NCBI GenBank assembly: GCA_016839805.1
Contig: JAEOTO010000031.1
Coordinates: 1-64,000, forward strand
DNA length: 64,000 bases
Direction of reading: 5' to 3'
Origin: Candidatus Hermodarchaeota archaeon
GTDB lineage: Archaea; Asgardarchaeota; Hermodarchaeia; Hermodarchaeales; Hermodarchaeaceae
Below the pieces are notes generated by a model. That model did not search any database. It was not told where the DNA came from and saw nothing but the letters and a program-made list of their open reading frames with translations. A program made the translations under genes and the position numbers. Below, piece after piece: positions 1-9,412 of this stretch. Within the stretch, counting starts at the first letter, position 1. The number at the start of each line of letters is the position of its first letter.

Positions 1-1478
1 ATGAAGATTGCCTTAACGGTCCAGAAGGTTTGCGTTGAATACCACGTCTCTTTAGGAGTAGTTCGTAAAAGTCCCATAAGCCATAATCCTTCAATTAAGA
101 CGAATGGGAGTAGTAGTAAGAAATATATTGGAACGTAAAGTGCACGTAAGGGGGAGAGTGCTTTTAGAAAGGGGAGGAATGCGCGAAAGTCTAATGCGAG
201 AAGTAGGTCAACGGGAAGCACCCATAGATACAACCATGTAATACCAATTAAACCAAGGAGAAATCCGAGACCCATTGTTTTGAGAAGAGTGCGTGAATCA
301 CCATTGAATCCTCCATAATCATTCCAGGTTGGTGGATTCACGGTTTTTTTGCTTTGAGAGTATTTGATTCCCAATAATACTAGAAGAGTTACGAGTCCGC
401 CAGTAAAAAGTCCTAGAGCTATGGATAATCCCATACCTTGTGGGAAATATATGGGGAGATCAACAAGTAATAAGATAAAAAGGGTTCCTAGTCCAATGAA
501 CCCATATAGCAGACCAAACCCGAGATACACAAGTGTGTTGGCAGAATAGGTGGAGTTGGGAATGCATTGGATTTGTTGGAATGGTCTTAATTTGATAAGA
601 ATTGTGAACAGGGCTAGAACTGAAAGCATCGCACCAATGCAGGCGATTAACCCCCCAAGAATCCAGAATGGGTAGACGAGGTTTTGATAAGGTATCCAAT
701 ATGCGTCAGGAGAACCCTTGAGACTATTCATGAGCCAATCAAGAGACTCACTAATAGTGTATGGATCCACAATTTCAAACAAATGATTTGATAGGGGAAT
801 AATCACTTTGCGTGCTGTTCCCGCGGAAAAGTCTCCATAGAGTTGACCGGGCACTACCGGAGCTGAGGTGTTGAAGAACGATGCTAATGTATTCAGGAAC
901 GCTGGAATGTCATATAATTCATCATAAAGGCCCGTAACCACTAGCATGTTATGTGGATATGTCGTGTTACCCCACGCCCTACTCCCCACGATTACAAGAC
1001 TATCAACTTGAATTGATGATCGATTAATGGCTTGCCTAGCAATACCTGAACCCATACTATGCCCAACCATTCCAATCGTACTCACGTAAGGGAGGCTATC
1101 TAAGAATTCGAGTGCGACAATACCTCCAAGATCTGTTCCTGACCCAAGGCTAGCTCCAGAATTACCATGACCAACTGCATCAATAGTCAGGACAACGAAC
1201 CCACGTCGTGAGAGTTCATGACCAAACCCCATCATCCATTCTTTAGCACCCATTACACCATGAATAACGATAACACCAGGTAGTGGGGATGAAGGTGATG
1301 CTGCTTGGGGAACCTGTAGGATTCCTGCAATAGGTACACCCTCAGCTGTTATGAGTGTCACTTCACTAGTGTGAGTGAATCCAAAGTTGTTTTGTATTCC
1401 CCAAGCCAGAGAAATTCCACCGATGATCATTATAACGCTAACAAGAAATACGATGTAGCGAGGGCGAAGTCGAGGCAT
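1..1478 (-). CDS. Membrane-bound alpha/beta-fold hydrolase with multi-TM C-terminal region (3' end runs off the window; absent from ORF track)
   Basis: Manual translation from ATG 1478: MPRLRPRYIVFLVSVIMIIGG...PGVIVIHGVMGAKEWM...LSRRGFVVLTIDAVGHGNS...GMVGHSMGSG (GxSxG nucleophile elbow), followed by hydrophobic segments. Confidence 0.85.
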   Translation of the reverse strand, partial: MPRLRPRYIVFLVSVIMIIGGISLAWGIQNNFGFTHTSEVTLITAEGVPIAGILQVPQAASPSSPLPGVIVIHGVMGAKEWMMGFGHELSRRGFVVLTIDAVGHGNSGASLGSGTDLGGIVALEFLDSLPYVSTIGMVGHSMGSGIARQAINRSSIQVDSLVIVGSRAWGNTTYPHNMLVVTGLYDELYDIPAFLNTLASFFNTSAPVVPGQLYGDFSAGTARKVIIPLSNHLFEIVDPYTISESLDWLMNSLKGSPDAYWIPYQNLVYPFWILGGLIACIGAMLSVLALFTILIKLRPFQQIQCIPNSTYSANTLVYLGFGLLYGFIGLGTLFILLLVDLPIYFPQGMGLSIALGLFTGGLVTLLVLLGIKYSQSKKTVNPPTWNDYGGFNGDSRTLLKTMGLGFLLGLIGITWLYLWVLPVDLLLALDFRAFLPFLKALSPLRALYVPIYFLLLLPFVLIEGLWLMGLLRTTPKETWYSTQTFWTVKAIF

Positions 1479-1614
1479 ATTTACACGTCCTTATTCTATG
1501 AAATTACAACGGTTATGATTCGTTTATTATTATTTATGGAAAAACAAGATTATCCTTTGAAATTGTTCTAACTTAAATAATGAATTGTTTCGTTACTTTG
1601 CCTAGATGGTTTCG

Positions 1615-1889
1615 ATGAAACATGTTCTCCGTCTGTGTTCGTAATGCAGGGTGAAGTCAAATGGCAGCTGAATTTGCTTAAAAGTATGCTAAGGGTTGAA
1701 TAACCCCTGCTATTGAATGTACTCACCCAGCCGATAAGGTTCATAATGAAGTCGTGGAAGCGGCGGGCAATTGATTGGGAGTTGGATGATTCCAAAGACC
1801 AGTCTATTAAGAAAGTACGAGAAATTCGTGACGAAAATAAAAAACGCGTAATGCGACTAATCGAACGACTAACGGGTTACGAAAATTAG
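1615..1889 (+). pseudogene. arsC: Arsenate reductase (LMW-PTP family) pseudogene
   Basis: Reads MKHVL/frameshift/VCVRNAG*SQMAAEFA*KYAKG*...HPADKVHNEVVEA...IDWELDDSKDQSIKKVREIRDENKKRV. The CX5R loop Arg codon is TGA; there are further stops and an internal deletion. Confidence 0.85.
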
Positions 1890-1931
1890 TTATGCTACTC
1901 GTAGCATTTATTCTCGGATGTTGAATAGACA

Positions 1932-2651
1932 TTGTCAGAGAACCACAACACTCTCGAAGCTATAAAGGCCTTCTTCGAAATATCAATAGAAAAGCAGGAA
2001 ATCGCATTCATATACATTGGATATGCGGGCATTCTCCTACGAGTGCCAAAGGGCACTCTCGCTTTTGATCTTGGGAAGTCACTTAGCAAAGAGGCGGCGG
2101 AGGCTATTCCCTGTCTTGATCTGCTTTTTTTCACCCACACTCACTGGGATCATTATCACGCCCCAAATGCTAATCGTATCCTGAAAACCACTTCGTCACA
2201 CATTATCGCTGAACCGCAGGTGGCTGAGGACTTAAGTTCAAGAATCCCTCATGAATATCTAATAACCGCAAATCCCGCCTCACCGGTTACCCTAAAGGGA
2301 TATGAAGTGATTCCAGTTGTTGGTGTCCACCCACGACCTATTACCCTCTTTCATGTGACCCATAAAACAACAAGCATCTTTCATGGAGGAGACTCTGGTT
2401 ATGTACCGATAAAAAACCAGTCTGTGGATGTGGCATTTCTTCCTGTCGGAGCCCCTTCACCTTCCTGCACTCCGAAAACAGCACTTCAATTTTCCCAAGA
2501 CCTAATACCAAAAGTAGCAGTGGCAATGCACGGAAATTCCAAACAAATGAAGCAGTTCAAAGAATTAGTTAATGAAGCTCTTCCAGGAGTTCGTGTCATT
2601 ATACCTGAATTATTTACACCAACCCGAGTCAATCTTGAACCGGAGCAGTAA
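1932..2651 (+). CDS. MBL-fold metallo-hydrolase (UlaG-like)
   Basis: THTHWDH (HxHxDH), FHGGDS and AMHG motifs. Confidence 0.9.
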   Translation: MSENHNTLEAIKAFFEISIEKQEIAFIYIGYAGILLRVPKGTLAFDLGKSLSKEAAEAIPCLDLLFFTHTHWDHYHAPNANRILKTTSSHIIAEPQVAEDLSSRIPHEYLITANPASPVTLKGYEVIPVVGVHPRPITLFHVTHKTTSIFHGGDSGYVPIKNQSVDVAFLPVGAPSPSCTPKTALQFSQDLIPKVAVAMHGNSKQMKQFKELVNEALPGVRVIIPELFTPTRVNLEPEQ

Positions 2652-2719
2652 ATCAGAGATTCTTATAATAGAGGAGTCTGTTTAACACTAACAACGTCTT
2701 TCTTCAGGAGGAAAAACTA

Positions 2720-3268
2720 ATGCAACCCCTGAAACACCTCGTAATGGAACACCGTCTAATAAGTAAGGCCGTGACTGTAACCAAAACTTTTCGTGACAGA
2801 ATAGATACTGGTGGCCCCATTCGACCAAAACAGTATTGGTTACTAGTAGATTTCTGGAGCACCTATGCTGATATCGTTCACCACGGAAAAGAAGAGCAAC
2901 AACTATTTCCCACCTTATTAGACTACACCAAATCCTCGGAATTTGGAGCCACTATCGATAAGCTCGTTGAGGAGCACATGTATCTACTTGGTTATATTGG
3001 TGAGTTGCGTCGATTTGCCCGGCCTATGTTTACCGGTGACCGTCCAGCTCGGGAACGGGTCATTCAATGTCTGGATAAATATCTAAGACTCATTGAACCG
3101 CACATCCAATTAGAAGATGAGAAGCTCTTCCCCTCCGTAGCAAATCTACTCCCTGAGAAGAAATTGAATACATTAGCCAAAGAATTTAAGGCAATGGACG
3201 AAAGGACGGGAACCAAAGTCCAATCCTATTACAGTAACCTTGTGGAACAACTCAAGAAGGAAGTATAA
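2720..3268 (+). CDS. Hemerythrin (HHE) domain protein
   Basis: EH..I, HHGKEE..LFP, EEH and HIQLED..LFP repeats. Confidence 0.9.
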   Translation: MQPLKHLVMEHRLISKAVTVTKTFRDRIDTGGPIRPKQYWLLVDFWSTYADIVHHGKEEQQLFPTLLDYTKSSEFGATIDKLVEEHMYLLGYIGELRRFARPMFTGDRPARERVIQCLDKYLRLIEPHIQLEDEKLFPSVANLLPEKKLNTLAKEFKAMDERTGTKVQSYYSNLVEQLKKEV

Positions 3269-3270
3269 CT

Positions 3271-3681
3271 ATGACCTACGATCAACTCATCAAATTATTA
3301 GAAACGCAATTACAACTTGAGAAGGAATCAGCACGAGCCCTGCGAAAGGAAATGAAGGAAATCGATCATCTCGGGATTAAAGTCTTGTTTGAAATCTGTG
3401 CCGCAGATTCGACGAAACATGCAAGCATGGTTCAAATGATATTAGATGCAATAAAGAAAAGCGAGCTTTCCCGCGAAACTTTTACGAGTACATGGCAACA
3501 GCGGAACCAAGGACTTGAAGCAATCAAACAACATATTGATCGAGAAAAGAAAATGATAAGCCTCATCAAAGATGAGGTGCTGGCAACTGATGACAAAATC
3601 TTGAAGGTTCTCTTAAAACATATTCTTGCGGATGAGGAACGCCATCACAAAATTCTCAAAGACGAAGTTTGGGAATTCTAA
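3271..3681 (+). CDS. Ferritin-like/rubrerythrin-type di-iron protein
   Basis: DSTKHA and DEERHH (ExxH-type) motifs in a two-fold helical repeat. Confidence 0.8.
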   Translation: MTYDQLIKLLETQLQLEKESARALRKEMKEIDHLGIKVLFEICAADSTKHASMVQMILDAIKKSELSRETFTSTWQQRNQGLEAIKQHIDREKKMISLIKDEVLATDDKILKVLLKHILADEERHHKILKDEVWEF

Positions 3682-3765
3682 CTGCCATTTATGCCAAGAG
3701 CAGAAGTCTTTTTTATAGGTGAACCCCAGTTCGGAACATAACCAGAATCCCAGGTGTGAACACCC

Positions 3766-4188
3766 ATGACAAATGGTCCCCATGAAGAATTACTCCAATT
3801 AATTGAGAAAGCAATCAAAGTTGAAAACAAAGCTGTTGAGCTCTACAAAAAAACAGCGAAAACGGTGGACAACGCTGCCGTCAGACTCTTAATTGACGAA
3901 CTCGGAATGGATTCTGCCAAACATGCAAAGATGTACAAAACCATTGAAAAAGTCCTAAAGGAAACACCGTATTCATTCCGAGACTTTCACGTTGATAAGT
4001 GGACAGATAAATTAGTGGCAAAACGCGATCTTGGAGAGCACATCGAAGTCGAAAAACACATGATTGAACTCATCCAGGAACAAATCAAGGTTACTGAGCA
4101 ACCAACCGTTAAAGCTATTCTTGAACACATCCTCGAAGATGAGAAACGCCATCATCGCATACTGATGCAAGTCATTGGCGAACTCTAA
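3766..4188 (+). CDS. Ferritin-like/rubrerythrin-type di-iron protein (paralog of upstream gene)
   Basis: AIKVE..AVELY, DSAKHA, EDEKRHH. Confidence 0.85.
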   Translation: MTNGPHEELLQLIEKAIKVENKAVELYKKTAKTVDNAAVRLLIDELGMDSAKHAKMYKTIEKVLKETPYSFRDFHVDKWTDKLVAKRDLGEHIEVEKHMIELIQEQIKVTEQPTVKAILEHILEDEKRHHRILMQVIGEL

Positions 4189-4282
4189 CTTGACAGGGAC
4201 TCTGAACTTTAAGTTAAATTTCCTTCATTCTCTTCCTGTTTCCTAGGAAATTATTTATGAGATTTGCATAAGAACTGACGTC

Positions 4283-5236
4283 ATGGATGTTCGAATTACG
4301 ACCTGGGATGATGTGAACCCGGAAGAGATTGCACGATTCATATTTCAAGTTAGACAACAAGAGGGACTATTGACCGAAAACTCTACGGTAGATAATTACA
4401 TATCTGCCGTAGGATGGTGGAAAGAGCGCTTACACAGTACTCCCATCATTGCGTATTCGAAAAACCGCATGGTTGGGTGGCTCGTCTTTTTTTCATTTGT
4501 ACCGAGAATCTCTACGATCGGACGTTGGCATCCAATTGTAGAGGAAGGCCCCCAGAAAGAAGAGATTGTAAAACAACTCCTAAAGACTAGTATCACCCAT
4601 GCAAAGCAAAGTAACTTTGAACGGCTTGAAGCCGAATTGACTCACATCACACCTAACACAGAATCCCGGTATGAACAATATAAGACTTGGTATGAAAGCC
4701 AAGGATTTCACCTTGCTAGTGAAGAATCCCGATTAGAACGTGACCTCATACAAGAACCGCTACCTGAACCAGTTCTTCCCCCAACTTTTAAGCTCGTTCC
4801 CCTGATTCATTTCACTAACGATGAACTTGAAGCTCCATTTTTCGAAATGTTCGATAATAGCAAAGATCGCTTTTGGCTAGATCAAACCCCAGACCAACGT
4901 CTTGAGAGCTATAAATTCTGGTTCAACCGGGAAAGACCCTTCGTAGAAGAAGCAACTGCAGTCCTTCTGAAAGAAGACAAAATTGTGGGATTGACAGTTG
5001 TCCGTCCCGTTCAAGAAGTGGGCATGTTGGGACCAATAGCGATACTCCCGGAGTATCGTCGACGAGGTCTAGGTCGAACCCTAATGGCATTTAGTTTTCA
5101 CGGTGCCAGAAAAAGTGGATTTCCTAAAATCGCGTTAGAGTTTGATATCACGAATGAGCCAGCCTTTCAACTCTACAAAGAGTTGAGATTCAAGCAAGTA
5201 CACCGACTAGCGCTCTTCGCGCTAGCACTGATCTAG
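4283..5236 (+). CDS. Tandem GNAT N-acetyltransferase
   Basis: ILPEYRRRGLG acetyl-CoA motif, NEPAFQLY; two GNAT halves. Confidence 0.9.
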   Translation: MDVRITTWDDVNPEEIARFIFQVRQQEGLLTENSTVDNYISAVGWWKERLHSTPIIAYSKNRMVGWLVFFSFVPRISTIGRWHPIVEEGPQKEEIVKQLLKTSITHAKQSNFERLEAELTHITPNTESRYEQYKTWYESQGFHLASEESRLERDLIQEPLPEPVLPPTFKLVPLIHFTNDELEAPFFEMFDNSKDRFWLDQTPDQRLESYKFWFNRERPFVEEATAVLLKEDKIVGLTVVRPVQEVGMLGPIAILPEYRRRGLGRTLMAFSFHGARKSGFPKIALEFDITNEPAFQLYKELRFKQVHRLALFALALI

Positions 5237-5330
5237 TGTAGATTGCGAGAAACTTTACTCGTTTTCCGTTTAAACTCAAATTTACGGAAAAACAGTTAAT
5301 TTTATATGGAGGCAACTCCCCTTTCTCAGT

Positions 5331-6485
5331 GTGGAGACACCAACCTTGTCACCAACACCGACTTCACCACCAGACCGTTTCATTCCATCCAACCGTCCTA
5401 TACTAGGAGCAGAGGAGCTAGCAGCGGTCACTAAAGTACTTGAAAGTGGGATGCTTACTTCAAAATCAGGAGCAGGGAACTTCACCCTACAGTTCGAAGC
5501 TGATTTTGCCAAGTTCGTTGGCGCAAAGCATGCTATCGCTGTCAATACCGGGACCGCTGCTCTCCATGCCGCCTTATTAGCCTTCGACGTGAAGGCAGGT
5601 GACGAAGTTATTGCTCCTCCCTTCAGTTTCATTGCCACAACGAATATGGTGCTGCTCAATGGGGCCAAGGTGGTCTTCGCCGATATTTCTCCAAACACCT
5701 TCACATTGGATCCTGAGAAGGTAGAAGCCGCAATTACTTCAAAAACCCGAGCGATTATTCCCGTCCACTTGTATGGCCATCCCACAGATATGAATCCCTT
5801 ATGCGAGTTAGCCGAGAAACACGATATCGCAATCATCGAAGATGCCTGTCAGGCCCATGGCTCGAAGTATCGTGGTCATGATGTTGGAACCATCGGGGAC
5901 GTAGGGTGTTTTAGTCTATACCCCAGCAAATTAATAACGACGGGTGAAGGCGGGTTAATTACGACGAACGATAATCTTCTCGCTGAGCGTCTCCGGCAAA
6001 TCCGCACGCATGGTGAGATTCGCCCCTATGAATACGTTCAACTTGGACATAATTACCGATTACCCGAAATTCAGGCAGCAATCGGGATTGAACAACTAAA
6101 ACGGCTTCCCGATTTTTTGAAGAGCCGGAAAGCCAATGCGAAGTTCCTGACCGAACACTTGAATGACATAAAAGGTGTCACACTCCCGAAGGAGGCTTCT
6201 TGGGCAACACACAATTGGTATCTTTACACTATTCGAGTCCCTTCACCACGCAGTCGGGATAAAGTCCAGAAAACCTTATACAAAGCGAAGATTGGTGCAG
6301 CCGTCTACTATGAGGTACCCCTCCACCTTACACCAATCTACCAACAACTTTTCCATTATAAGGAAGGTCTGATGCCAGAATCCGAACGAGCCGCTAAGGA
6401 AGTTTTGTCTCTTCCCATTCATCCCGCTTTAACTGATGAAGAAAGAGAATGGGTCGTGCAGCAGAGCCGCCAAGCCCTCGCGTAA
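5331..6485 (+). CDS. DegT/DnrJ/EryC1/StrS PLP-dependent sugar aminotransferase
   Basis: GTAALH, PVHLYG, EDACQAHG, SLYPSKLITTGEGG, LSLPIHP. Confidence 0.95.
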   Translation: METPTLSPTPTSPPDRFIPSNRPILGAEELAAVTKVLESGMLTSKSGAGNFTLQFEADFAKFVGAKHAIAVNTGTAALHAALLAFDVKAGDEVIAPPFSFIATTNMVLLNGAKVVFADISPNTFTLDPEKVEAAITSKTRAIIPVHLYGHPTDMNPLCELAEKHDIAIIEDACQAHGSKYRGHDVGTIGDVGCFSLYPSKLITTGEGGLITTNDNLLAERLRQIRTHGEIRPYEYVQLGHNYRLPEIQAAIGIEQLKRLPDFLKSRKANAKFLTEHLNDIKGVTLPKEASWATHNWYLYTIRVPSPRSRDKVQKTLYKAKIGAAVYYEVPLHLTPIYQQLFHYKEGLMPESERAAKEVLSLPIHPALTDEEREWVVQQSRQALA

Positions 6486-6565
6486 CTGAGTTAAATCTGC
6501 TTTAGCCAGGGGCAGAAAACTTAGTTACGCGGGGCCTGGTGAATGTCTGTCTAATCAAGGAAATT

Positions 6566-7141
6566 TCAGGATTCATAGTCAACGAGTTCTTGAAGTCTTT
6601 CTGCAATTTCGGAAGCCAGTGGATGATTGGGAACTTTGGTAAGAAGATCCTGAGCCCGTTCGAGACAGTTGATCGCATCAAATCGATAGCCAGTTTCACG
6701 ATAATGAATTGTCGCATTCTTATAAAGCAGTTCAATAGCGAGGGAAGGTTCATCTAAGGCAATAGAGAGCTCGATAGCTTTATCAACGGTTTGGGTAATG
6801 GAAGTCCACAATTCCTGATTTTTGTCACGAACTGCAAAGTAAGCATTAGCTGCGGCCAAGTAACTATCTCGAGCATCTGTTTGCCGACCCGCTGCAGATT
6901 CTAGATCACCAAGGTGGAGATAACTTGTACCAGCTTGAAATGGTGCTTCCGCAGCAGTAAAGCCAGTTGCAGCATGACTCCAAAGTTGTTCCAACTGATC
7001 CTTTTTATCCGCAGCCTCCAGTTTTACAGCGGCGTTCTCGAACTCAATAAATGCACGATGCCGCTCACCTTTACGGATATATTCTTCGGCATTTTCAAGG
7101 TGTCCTTCAATTGAACGGCGAAGTTTTTCTTCATCTATCAC
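6566..7141 (-). CDS. TPR-like helical protein resembling alpha-SNAP (probable start GTG 7141)
   Basis: All-helical Ala-rich repeats (ARDSYLAAANAY, DAINCLERAQDLL); AGGTGG RBS before GTG 7141. The track's longer start overlaps the divergent promoter. Confidence 0.55.
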   Translation of the reverse strand: MIDEEKLRRSIEGHLENAEEYIRKGERHRAFIEFENAAVKLEAADKKDQLEQLWSHAATGFTAAEAPFQAGTSYLHLGDLESAAGRQTDARDSYLAAANAYFAVRDKNQELWTSITQTVDKAIELSIALDEPSLAIELLYKNATIHYRETGYRFDAINCLERAQDLLTKVPNHPLASEIAERLQELVDYES

Positions 7142-7268
7142 AGCTAATCCACCTGACACATTTACTGAAACACCCTTAATGAATAAAGCTATGATGGAAA
7201 CATCAAATAAAAAAAGAAGGGACACTGCCATATGAGAATAAAGAGAAGTATTTAGGAGCGAGTAAGCC

Positions 7269-8360
7269 ATGACACGAATCTGGTTTGATGTACTAACACC
7301 AAAACAAGCGTTGTTTTGCCAAAAGATTGCAGAGCAGTTTAAAGCCGCAAATTTTGATCTTGCGTTTACAACTCGAGACTATCAGCAAGTAGTTGGCAAA
7401 CTAAACCTGCTGGGCATGGAGGCAGAAATAATCGGAAAACATGGGGGAGCTGGACGTTATGAAAAGTTATTAGCTAGTGCCGAACGAATTGTCGCTTTGA
7501 CAAAATATATTAACAAAGTTAATCCCGACCTGGCCTTTGGCTTTGCTTCACCTGAAAGCGCTAGGGTCGCCTATGGATTAGGAATTCCTTATTATACAGG
7601 AAATGATTCTCCCCACTCCCGGTTTGTTGCCCAACTGACGATACCCTATGCAATTATGCTCTTCACGCCCTGGATTATGGAAAAAGCGTGGTACCAATTG
7701 GACGTGCCACCCAAGAAAATCATTACATACCAGGGACTTGACCCTTTTGCCTGGTTACAAGATTTCCAACCAAATACAACTATTTTAAGAGATTTGGGGC
7801 TGGAGCCAGGGAGCGATTATGTAATAATCCGACCAGAAGAGGCGCAAGCGTCGTATCTTCATGGATTGGCGGATGAGTTAAATCCAGTTACGAATCCAGT
7901 GATTCATCAAATTCTCAAATCATTTCCAGACCTCCCAATAGTGGTTTTGTGCCGATATGAAGCTCAACGGGAGGTCATGCGAAAACAATTTGGAAATAAA
8001 ATCATCTTGCCGGAGAATGTCGTGGATGCGACCACTCTTTTAGCATCAGCTTGTTTGTTTGTTGGTGCTGGTGGAACCATGAACCAGGAGGCAGGTATTT
8101 TGGGCACACCGGTTATCTCCTGTTATCCTGGTGGAGAACTGCTAACCGAACAATTTCTTATGAAGAGAAAACTGCTCTATCGCTTTTCAGACCCCTCTGA
8201 AGCAGTTAGTAAAGCAATATCTATTCTAGAAAAGAAAAGTCATTATCAGAAGTTGCATCGTGAACGTGCACAGAAGTTGAGGGTCGAAATGGAAAATCCT
8301 GTTGATGTGATTAGCAAGCATATTCTAGCACATTATAACAAAACACAAGAATACTCGTAA
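7269..8360 (+). CDS. DUF354-family predicted GT-B glycosyltransferase
   Basis: IWFDVLTPKQ, IGKHGG, IIRPEEAQASY, GAGGTMNQEAGILGTPVISCYPG. Confidence 0.9.
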   Translation: MTRIWFDVLTPKQALFCQKIAEQFKAANFDLAFTTRDYQQVVGKLNLLGMEAEIIGKHGGAGRYEKLLASAERIVALTKYINKVNPDLAFGFASPESARVAYGLGIPYYTGNDSPHSRFVAQLTIPYAIMLFTPWIMEKAWYQLDVPPKKIITYQGLDPFAWLQDFQPNTTILRDLGLEPGSDYVIIRPEEAQASYLHGLADELNPVTNPVIHQILKSFPDLPIVVLCRYEAQREVMRKQFGNKIILPENVVDATTLLASACLFVGAGGTMNQEAGILGTPVISCYPGGELLTEQFLMKRKLLYRFSDPSEAVSKAISILEKKSHYQKLHRERAQKLRVEMENPVDVISKHILAHYNKTQEYS

Positions 8361-8416
8361 GAATTCAACGTAACGTAAGGGATTTAAAAAGACCTTTCTA
8401 AGTCGGTTATTGAGGG

Positions 8417-9283
8417 TTGTTTATGAGATTGACTCGCCGATCATTAAGGTTGATTTCCGTTCTGATCATCAGTCTTGTCATAAGTTGGAACGGAGTTCTT
8501 TCAGGGCAAATGTTAACTTCTGCGTATTATCCAACCATAGGAGACCACACTGAATACAGCTATGGATTCATCAGCAATCAACCGAACCAAACAGCCGTCA
8601 ATATCAATTTTTGGACCGGCCTAAATCTTCCAGATAGTAACTACACGATGCACTGGCATCAGAACGTCAATCTTACCATTCAAGTTACTAATGTAGCTCA
8701 AGTTGGTTTGAATATTCTCGGTTCATACAATGTATCTGCCAACATACATAGTAACTATGTTACAATTTCTAACAGTTCTTGGGAAACCACCATCATCCTA
8801 AATAGTACAGCCTCCACCCCAGCTCCAACAGGTATAACGAATGGGACATTCCTCAGTGATGTACTAGTAGGGTACCCTGGATTTTTCCTCGATTACACAA
8901 CATTGTCACAAATCGCCCCTGGCTCGAACGTAATTATCGGTTCAAGCCGTTGGCAAATGGTTTCCTATTCTAGCTTTAGCCTTGGAGGAGTTGAACACAT
9001 CTGTTATCAGTTCTTCAACACTAGTTCTACGCCAACAGAGTTTCTAGAGACAACGTTTGTTATCGATCAAGATGTGGGAATCTACTTCCAAGCGAATGAA
9101 ACACGAATCCTCTCAGTCGGGTCCATTCAACAATCCCTCACGTATTACTACCAAGTCACAGCAACGAATATTGCATTAATTCCTCCACCTAATCCATTAT
9201 TGATTCTAGGTATTTTTGGGATCGCAGTAGTGGTGCTTATCATCATCATTTATGTGATTCGCGCATACTTATCGCGTCGCTAA
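8417..9283 (+). CDS. Secreted, C-terminally anchored surface glycoprotein
   Basis: Signal peptide, many NxS/T sequons, C-terminal TM helix followed by a basic tail. Confidence 0.75.
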   Translation: MFMRLTRRSLRLISVLIISLVISWNGVLSGQMLTSAYYPTIGDHTEYSYGFISNQPNQTAVNINFWTGLNLPDSNYTMHWHQNVNLTIQVTNVAQVGLNILGSYNVSANIHSNYVTISNSSWETTIILNSTASTPAPTGITNGTFLSDVLVGYPGFFLDYTTLSQIAPGSNVIIGSSRWQMVSYSSFSLGGVEHICYQFFNTSSTPTEFLETTFVIDQDVGIYFQANETRILSVGSIQQSLTYYYQVTATNIALIPPPNPLLILGIFGIAVVVLIIIIYVIRAYLSRR

Positions 9284-9412
9284 CAGTAATCCAGTTCGCC
9301 AAAAGTTGTCAGAATGGAGTTGGATGAGAACTTTTTGGTTTCAGAGAGTATTCTAAAACTTGGTGGAAACTCATTTATACGAACTTCGCGAACATGGAAA
9401 CGGGCTTGCACA

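Noticed and set aside
1615-1700. In-frame TGA in the arsC active-site loop as possible selenocysteine
   Set aside because: It replaces Arg, not Cys, and is accompanied by TAA, a frameshift and a deletion
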